A DNA stretch of 32,000 nucleotides from Candidatus Methylomirabilis limnetica (GTDB lineage: Bacteria; Methylomirabilota; Methylomirabilia; Methylomirabilales; Methylomirabilaceae), in assembly GCF_003044035.1 (NCBI RefSeq), contig NZ_NVQC01000030.1:61957-93956 (forward strand), given 5' to 3'. Under the pieces are notes generated by a model. That model was not told where the DNA came from and did no database searches. It was given only the letters and a program-made list of their open reading frames with translations. Below, piece by piece: positions 8,290-14,070 of the stretch. The first letter of the stretch is position 1. Each line of letters begins with the position of its first letter. The position numbers and the translations under genes are program-made.

Positions 8290-9186
8290 ATGGCTTGGCG
8301 ACGGTATCATGACTATGGATACTTCCCGCCTTCGCGCCCGCGGGAGGCCAAGGGCGGGATCAAGGCTCACTCCCAACGCGGTACGTTTGGGGAAAGCTGG
8401 TGGGCCAAGCGATGGATTGCTGTGCTGGAGGGCTTCCAGATCGGCGCTCGGTTGGGCCGGGGCCGCTCCTACGCCCGCCAGGGCCAGGTCCTCTCCATCG
8501 ATATCGACAAGGGGACGGTCAAGGCGAAGGTGCAGGGATCCCGGTCCACGCCTTACGACATCACGATCCAGGTCAAGGCGCTATCGGCCGCCAACTGGCA
8601 GAAGTTGATCGGGGCGCTGTCTCAGCAGGCCATCTTTGCGGCCAAGCTTATGGCCGGAGAGATGCCACAAGAGATCGAGCAGGCGTTCAAGGGCGTGGGG
8701 CTGTCGCTCTTCCCTGAACAGCTTCAAGACCTTGGTACGGACTGCTCCTGCCCGGACTGGTCGAATCCCTGCAAACATATCGCGGCGGTCTATTATCTGT
8801 TGGGTGAGGAGTTCCACCGCGACCCGTTTGTCATCTTCAAGCTGCGCGGGAAGAGCCGAGAGGAGCTGATCGGGCTCTTAGGCGCTACCGGTGGAAAAAC
8901 CACCAAAATAGACACCCGGAGAAAGTCCACCCCCACCGTGACGGGAGCAAAGGTCCCCCTGCCACCAGAGCCACTTGCTGCAGACATCTCCAGCTTTTGG
9001 AACGGTAGCAGCCTGCCTGAGGAGCTGTTTGGCGAGGTCCGGGTGCCGTCTGTGCCTGCGGCGTTGCTCAAGCGGCTGGGCGGCTTCCCTTTTTGGCGGG
9101 GTGAAGAACGATTCCAGGGGGCCGTCGAGCCGATCTACACCCAGGCGTCACCACGCGGCCTGGAGATCTTTCTCACGTGGAGATGA
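8290..9186 (+). CDS. SWIM zinc-finger protein
   Basis: CxCx6CxH motif CSCPDWSNPCKH, followed by IAAVYYLL. Starts 2 nt after the SNF2 stop, so it is operonic. Confidence 0.85.
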   Translation: MAWRRYHDYGYFPPSRPREAKGGIKAHSQRGTFGESWWAKRWIAVLEGFQIGARLGRGRSYARQGQVLSIDIDKGTVKAKVQGSRSTPYDITIQVKALSAANWQKLIGALSQQAIFAAKLMAGEMPQEIEQAFKGVGLSLFPEQLQDLGTDCSCPDWSNPCKHIAAVYYLLGEEFHRDPFVIFKLRGKSREELIGLLGATGGKTTKIDTRRKSTPTVTGAKVPLPPEPLAADISSFWNGSSLPEELFGEVRVPSVPAALLKRLGGFPFWRGEERFQGAVEPIYTQASPRGLEIFLTWR

Positions 9187-9196
9187 TCCGGCAATC

Positions 9197-9375
9197 GTAA
9201 CTACTCAGGTAGATAGACTGTAGGCTTTTAGACTGTAGGAACGTGCACAGACGAGCCAAGCATTTCCGAATGCGACGCGAAAATTATGGAGACCGAAAAG
9301 GTTCTGGGTGCCTTGATTAGGTCGATGCGCAACGACTAACAGCCTTCAGCCTACAGCCTAAACACCTGAGTAGTT
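9197..9375 (+). mobile_element. IVS-like inverted-repeat cassette, copy a (short subfamily), with 10-bp target-site duplication
   Basis: Ends are GTAACTACTCAGGTAGATAGACTGTAGG... and ...CAGCCTAAACACCTGAGTAGTT. The interior keeps only the C-terminal codons (METEKVLGALIRSMRND*) of a four-helix-bundle protein gene. TCCGGCAATC abuts both ends (9187-9196 and 9376-9385). Confidence 0.75.
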
Positions 9376-9432
9376 TCCGGCAATCTTGTTGAAGCCGGCG
9401 TTCAAGGCCCGGATGTTCGCGGAGGTGCAACC

Positions 9433-9735
9433 ATGAGCGTGAAAATTGATATTCCCAAAAAGAAGATTGCCGAGTTTTGCCGGCGCAACCGGATTCGCCG
9501 GCTGGCGTTTTTCGGGTCGGTGCTGCGCGACGATTTCGGGCCCGACAGCGACGTGGACGTCCTGGTCGAATTCGAATCCAGCGCGCGGGTGGGCCTGATT
9601 ACGCTGTCGGGAATGGAGATCGATTTGAGCCGGCTGCTGGAACGCAAGGTGGAAATACACACGGTCAAGGGCTTGAACCCGTACTTCCGGGATGAAGTAT
9701 TGCAGGCGGCGGAGGCGCAATATGAGCAAGCATGA
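9433..9735 (+). CDS. mntA: MNT-type nucleotidyltransferase antitoxin
   Basis: FFGSVLRDDFGPDSDVDVLVEF is the minimal NTase GS...DxD motif. GGAGG lies upstream. Overlaps the HEPN gene. Confidence 0.85.
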   Translation: MSVKIDIPKKKIAEFCRRNRIRRLAFFGSVLRDDFGPDSDVDVLVEFESSARVGLITLSGMEIDLSRLLERKVEIHTVKGLNPYFRDEVLQAAEAQYEQA

Positions 9736-10063
9736 CGATCAGGTGAGCCTCAAGGATATGCTCAGTCACGCTCGCGAAGCCGTCGACTTGCTGGGCGGCT
9801 CGATTCGGGAGGAATTGGCTGCCAATCGTGTGCTGCAACTGGCGCTGACGCAGTTGGTGGAGATCATCGGCGAGGCTGCCAATCGCATGTCTCAACCGAC
9901 ACAATCGCGTCACCCGGAGATACCGTGGCTCCAGATTATTGGCATGCGTAACCGGCTTGTTCATGGGTACGATGTCATCGACTTCGATTTGCTCTGGGAC
10001 ACCATCACCACTGATCTGCCCCCGCTCATCGACGCGTTGCAAGAGATCGTGGAGGATGCCTGA
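9722..10063 (+). CDS. hepT: HEPN (DUF86) toxin
   Basis: R-x4-H motif RNRLVHGYD. ATG 9722 lies 6 nt after GGAGG and overlaps the mntA stop. Confidence 0.85.
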   Translation: MSKHDDQVSLKDMLSHAREAVDLLGGSIREELAANRVLQLALTQLVEIIGEAANRMSQPTQSRHPEIPWLQIIGMRNRLVHGYDVIDFDLLWDTITTDLPPLIDALQEIVEDA

Positions 10064-10071
10064 GACATGGC

Positions 10072-10157
10072 CCGAGCGCACCGACGCGATCCTCGCTCGT
10101 CTGCTTGCGTTAGATGATAGCGCTATTGCAGAGCTGCTCCGCGATGGTGTGGTATAA
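10072..10157 (+). pseudogene. orphan 3' relic of a family-III CoA-transferase gene
   Basis: Reads ERTDAILARLLALDDSAIAELLRDGVV*, versus EHTDAILREVLDLGDDAISELHRDGVV* at 1456-1539. The 21-nt DNA core is 20/21 identical. No gene body lies upstream of it. Confidence 0.6.
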
Positions 10158-10317
10158 AAAGTACGGGGGAGGCAACTCCGATGTGCGTGTGGATGCCGTT
10201 GATCACGGCCGTGATCGCATGATCGGGAGAGGCTCACCAGCGACTGAAACAGGCTGGGGTCAAAGGTAACGTTAGACGCGCGAGCGATTGGCCACAGTCT
10301 CTCGGGTTCAAAGGGTG

Positions 10318-11166
10318 ATGACGATGACTCCTGAAGATGTCTACCGCAGTATCGATCGGCTTGTAGGTTTCATCCTGCGCTATGCCATCACGCTGGCAGC
10401 GATCAGCGCACTTTCAATGGCTTTGATCGAGACGTTCAAGGCGCTATTCAGTTGGCGAGATCGGTTTCACAAGCGGCGGGTCCGCGACTGGATCCAGAGC
10501 GTGGAGATCCCTCCAGAGGCCTTCATAGAGATCGGCCGCCCACCCCTCGTCAACCATTCCGATTTTCGTGAGCGTGTGTACTCCCAGTTGATCCGGCTTA
10601 CGACAGGAGAGACGGTCGACCCATCGGCCATGGGCAAGAGTATTGAGTGGACGCCCTGGGTTATTTCCCCTGATAACGCGCTGTTTGCCCTTGAGTTGGA
10701 GAAGATGATGGGGCAGATTCAGGACGCGGCCGACGCCGCGCTGGAGCATCCGAATATCAACCCTGAGCTTTACCTGTTCTTCAGCGCAGCAGCCCATCCC
10801 GATAATGACGACCACATTCGTTGGTTCATCTGGGCGCAACAGCCTCCGGCCTCGACGGCGGACGATCCAGCGCGCGCCAAGAGTCAGGCCGACACCTACG
10901 TGCGCCTGCGCCGGTTCATTCGGCGGCGGCTTGACGCGTTCCAACTTACGATGAGCTACCGGTGGCAGACGGGCAATCAGGTGGCTTCGGTGCTCCTTGG
11001 GGCAGTGGCGTTGTTCGGGTGCCTCGTGTACCTCGCTTGGACCAACCCTCCCCAAAACCCGCTTGATTGGGTTATGCTTGTCGTCGTATCGCTGGCAGGT
11101 GGAATCATGGCGCCGGCAGCTAAGGATTTGGTGATGGCCCTCAAGCGGGTGCGGAGCGGTGGCTAG
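10318..11166 (+). CDS. hypothetical membrane protein (1 N-terminal + 2 C-terminal TM segments), no recognised family
   Basis: Long ORF with coding-like composition. Hydrophobic stretches are ITLAAISALSMALI, VASVLLGAVALFGCLVYLAW and WVMLVVVSLAGGIMAPA. ATG 10318 follows AAGGG; the track starts at TTG 10288. Confidence 0.55.
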   Translation: MTMTPEDVYRSIDRLVGFILRYAITLAAISALSMALIETFKALFSWRDRFHKRRVRDWIQSVEIPPEAFIEIGRPPLVNHSDFRERVYSQLIRLTTGETVDPSAMGKSIEWTPWVISPDNALFALELEKMMGQIQDAADAALEHPNINPELYLFFSAAAHPDNDDHIRWFIWAQQPPASTADDPARAKSQADTYVRLRRFIRRRLDAFQLTMSYRWQTGNQVASVLLGAVALFGCLVYLAWTNPPQNPLDWVMLVVVSLAGGIMAPAAKDLVMALKRVRSGG

Positions 11167-11367
11167 GTATTTCGATCCACCCGAGGACTACAGACCCGGA
11201 CTCGCTTTCCAGCTTCGCGAGCGGAAAGAGGGTGGAGACCTGCAGCCTGAGGTTCGTCAGTCGCCGCCGCTCGCCACGCGCACGCCGGGCGCCGCTCCTC
11301 GGACAAGTACGGCCGAGACGCGCGAGTTGGGCCACGCCCGAGTAATTCGGTAAGCTCGAATCTGTGC

Positions 11368-12684
11368 TTATCTCTCCGTACCCCGGTACGACCAGTCCAA
11401 CAGCTCGACGGGGTGCAGAACCCGGATCTGAAGTCCACGCTCCCTGAGGCCCTTCTCGATCTGGAGGGAGCAGCCGGGGTTGCCGCTCAGCACTACGTCA
11501 GCCCCCGTCTCCCTGATCCGCTCGACCTTGCGATCGAGCAACTGCTGAGCCACGTCGGGATGAAGGAGATTGTAGATCCCGGCGCTGCCGCAGCAGAAGT
11601 CGGATTCTCTCAGCTCGACCAACCGGAGGCCCGGGATCGTATTCAGCAGTCGCCTCGGCTCCTGCCGAATCTTCTGGCCGTGCACCAGATGACCGGCGTC
11701 ATGATAGGTAACCGTCAGGTTCAGCGGCTGGAGCTTACCGCATAACGGGAGCCCAGCCAGAAGCTCTGAGACATCCCGCACCTTCCTACTGAAGGCCTCA
11801 GCCCGCTTGGCGTAGTCTGGGTCAGCTTGGAACAGCTCCCAATACTCCTTCATCACCGAGCCGCACCCCGCCGCGTTCACAGCGATAACATCGACGTTCG
11901 CCAGCTCGAAGCACTCGATTGTCCGCCGCGCCAGCAGCTTCCCTCGTTCCCGCTCCCCCTCGTGAACCAGGAGCGAACCGCAGCACTCTTGGTTCCTTGG
12001 CACCACCACCTCGTAGCCATTCTCGCTCAGAACCCGGACCGTGGCAGCATTCACGTGGGCGAAGAAGAACCGTTGGACGCAGCCGAGCAGGAGCCCAACC
12101 CGCCCACGCCTCTGACCTTTGGCTGGTGTGACCTCGGGGAGCTCGCCCAGGCAAGGGGCCGCGATCTCGGGAAGAAGGGCCTCCATCTGGCCAAGACGGC
12201 CAAAGAAGCTCAAGAGCCCTGAAGCCCTAATGAGCCGCTGCAGGCCCAACCTCTGATACAACCGAAGGAGGCTGGTAAGCGTCCGCAGGCGACCGAGATC
12301 GGTGAAAGTGTGCAGAATGAAATCGCGGAAACGCCGCTCGGCAGGGGGGTACTGATAGCGCCGCGCGATCTGGCCTCTGGCCGCCTCCATCAGGAAGCCA
12401 AACTTCACGCCCGAAGGGCAGGCCGTCTCGCAGGCCCGGCAGAGGAGGCAGAGGTCCATGTGCTTGACGAAGCTGTCAGAGGCGCCGATCTTCCCTTCTG
12501 AAGCGGTCCGAATGAGGTAGAGCCGTCCGCGCGGGCTATCCATCTCGTTGCCGAGAACAAGGTAGGTGGGACAGGTCGGCAGGCAGAACCCGCAGTGGAT
12601 GCAGTCGAGATAGAGTTCCGGATCAGGTGGGTCGAGTTGGTCAAAGGCGCCGGCGCCGATCGTTTCTGCTGACTGGCTCACCAT
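11368..12684 (-). CDS. (Fe-S)-binding oxidoreductase, GlcF / heterodisulfide-reductase-like
   Basis: Two ferredoxin motifs, CIHCGFCLPTCP and CLLCRACETACP, plus two CCG cysteine-rich domains (QECCGSLLVH, DFCCGSAGIYN). Confidence 0.85.
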   Translation of the reverse strand: MVSQSAETIGAGAFDQLDPPDPELYLDCIHCGFCLPTCPTYLVLGNEMDSPRGRLYLIRTASEGKIGASDSFVKHMDLCLLCRACETACPSGVKFGFLMEAARGQIARRYQYPPAERRFRDFILHTFTDLGRLRTLTSLLRLYQRLGLQRLIRASGLLSFFGRLGQMEALLPEIAAPCLGELPEVTPAKGQRRGRVGLLLGCVQRFFFAHVNAATVRVLSENGYEVVVPRNQECCGSLLVHEGERERGKLLARRTIECFELANVDVIAVNAAGCGSVMKEYWELFQADPDYAKRAEAFSRKVRDVSELLAGLPLCGKLQPLNLTVTYHDAGHLVHGQKIRQEPRRLLNTIPGLRLVELRESDFCCGSAGIYNLLHPDVAQQLLDRKVERIRETGADVVLSGNPGCSLQIEKGLRERGLQIRVLHPVELLDWSYRGTER

Positions 12685-12687
12685 CTG

Positions 12688-12916
12688 GTAACTACTCAGG
12701 TAGATAGACTGAAGGCTGAAGGCTGTTAGGGATAATCATGCGTGATCACACAAAACTTCAGGCATTTGAGCTGGCTGATGAAGTAGCAATGTTGGTTTAT
12801 TGGGTTGAACCAAAAGTCATAGAAACCGAGAAGGTCTTGAACGGCTTGATTCGCGTCTTGCGAGATAATTCAGAGCCTTCAGCCTTCAGCCTTCAGCCTA
12901 AACACCTTGTAGTTAC
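12688..12916 (+). mobile_element. IVS-like inverted-repeat cassette, copy b (long subfamily)
   Basis: Left arm GTAACTACTCAGGTAGATAGACTGAAGGCTGAAGGCTG, right arm CAGCCTTCAGCCTTCAGCCTAAACACCTTGTAGTTAC. The interior ORF 12738-12932 joins the N-terminus MRDHTKLQAFELADEVAMLVY to the C-terminus ETEKVLNGLIRVLRDN of a four-helix-bundle (23S IVS-type) protein, with the middle deleted. Confidence 0.75.
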
Positions 12917-12969
12917 ACCCTCTGTTCAATAGAGCGTCCCTCTTGCGGTATATTGACAGCGCCGTCCAA

Positions 12970-13722
12970 TCAGTTATCTGCCTCGTCGACGTATGCTTCG
13001 TGCAGCTTCACCGGCTCGGCGCGAACCTTTCTCAGCCGTAGGTTGAACAGTTCTACAACGATCGAGAACGCCATCGCAAAGTAGATGTAACCTTTGGGGA
13101 TATGCTGATGCAGGCCCTCGACGATGAGGGTAAAGCCGATGAGCAGGAGAAAACTCAACGCCAGCATTTTGATGGTAGGATGGCGATCCACAAAACCGCT
13201 GATCTGACGGGCGGAAACAATCATCACTCCTGCCGCGATAATCACGGCGGCGATCATGATCGCCAGTTGGTCAACCATGCCTACGGCGGTGATCACCGAA
13301 TCGAGCGAGAAGATGACATCCAGCAGGAGTATCTGCACAATGACGCTGGCGAACGAGGGGCCGACATGGGCTGAGGCGTGCCCCTCTACACCCTCCAGTT
13401 TTTGATGAATCTCATGGGTGCTCTTCCCCAGCAAAAACAGGCCGCCGAGAATGAGGATGATGTCGCGCCCGGCTATCTCATACTTGAACACCGAGAATAG
13501 CGGTTCGGTGAGGCTGATGACCCATGAGAGCGAGAGCAGAAGCAGAACGCGCGAGACGATTGCCAGTCCCAGGCCGATGGTGCGTGCCCGGTCTTGCTGA
13601 TGGGTAGGAAGTTTTCCGGCCAGAATCGAAATGAAGATAACGTTGTCAACGCCGAGAACGAGTTCAAGCACGACGAGCGTGATAAATGCGATCCATGTTT
13701 GGGGGTCAGCCAACCAATCCAT
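12970..13722 (-). CDS. TerC-family integral membrane protein
   Basis: MDWLADPQTWIAFITLVVLELVLGVDNVIFISILAGKLP is a typical TerC N-terminus. Multi-TM protein. GGAG lies 9 nt upstream of the ATG. Confidence 0.9.
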   Translation of the reverse strand: MDWLADPQTWIAFITLVVLELVLGVDNVIFISILAGKLPTHQQDRARTIGLGLAIVSRVLLLLSLSWVISLTEPLFSVFKYEIAGRDIILILGGLFLLGKSTHEIHQKLEGVEGHASAHVGPSFASVIVQILLLDVIFSLDSVITAVGMVDQLAIMIAAVIIAAGVMIVSARQISGFVDRHPTIKMLALSFLLLIGFTLIVEGLHQHIPKGYIYFAMAFSIVVELFNLRLRKVRAEPVKLHEAYVDEADN

Positions 13723-13735
13723 ATGTGAATTCTCC

Positions 13736-13910
13736 GTAACTACTCAGGTAGATAGACTGTAGTCTTTTAGACTGTAGGAACGCGCACAGATGAACCAGGC
13801 GTTTTCTGAATGCAACGCAAACATGATGGAGACCGAAAAGGTTCTGGGCGCCTTGATTCGGTCCATGCGCAGAGAGTAACAGCCTTCAGCCTAAACACCT
13901 GAGTAGTCAC
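13736..13910 (+). mobile_element. IVS-like inverted-repeat cassette, copy c (short subfamily)
   Basis: By eye about 85% identical to copy a. Ends are GTAACTACTCAGGTAGATAGACTGTAG... and ...CAGCCTAAACACCTGAGTAGTCAC. The relic reads METEKVLGALIRSMRRE*. Confidence 0.75.
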
Positions 13911-14008
13911 TATAATCCTACCCTCTGATCGGGTCAAGGACTCATCTGGCATCTCTTTTGCTCTGGCGCTTTTGAGCCGCCGACCGTATACTACAGGTTC
14001 ATTCTATG

Positions 14009-14033
14009 GTAACTAAAAGGCAGATAGACTGAA
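14009..14033 (+). repeat. solo degenerate left-arm-like sequence GTAACTAAAAGGCAGATAGACTGAA
   Basis: Resembles the GTAACTACTCAGGTAGATAGACTGAA arm of the cassettes. No partner arm is seen. Confidence 0.3.
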
Positions 14034-14070
14034 ACCCTTCGTCTCGGCGCCCCCGAAGAGGCTTTGAGCC

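Noticed and set aside
9939-10071. 72-aa ORF 9939-10157 treated as a real gene
   Set aside because: Its first ~44 codons are an out-of-frame overlap with hepT. Only the last ~29 codons carry meaning, as the CoA-transferase relic, so I annotated it as a pseudogene fragment instead.
10288-10317. TTG start at 10288 for the membrane protein
   Set aside because: No SD precedes it, whereas ATG 10318 follows AAGGG at suitable spacing. The difference is only 10 codons, so this is a low-stakes choice.
12701-12900. Tandem heptamers (CTGAAGG)n / (CCTTCAG)n considered as a CRISPR array or microsatellite
   Set aside because: There are only 2-4 units, and they occur as complementary sets forming the arms of the inverted-repeat cassettes. 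There is no spacer-repeat architecture.
13723-14070. Search for a yybP-ykoY (Mn2+) riboswitch upstream of the TerC-family gene
   Set aside because: TerC-family genes are often preceded by this riboswitch. The leader here is instead occupied by cassette copy c, and I could not find the conserved riboswitch core. A covariance-model scan would be the definitive test.
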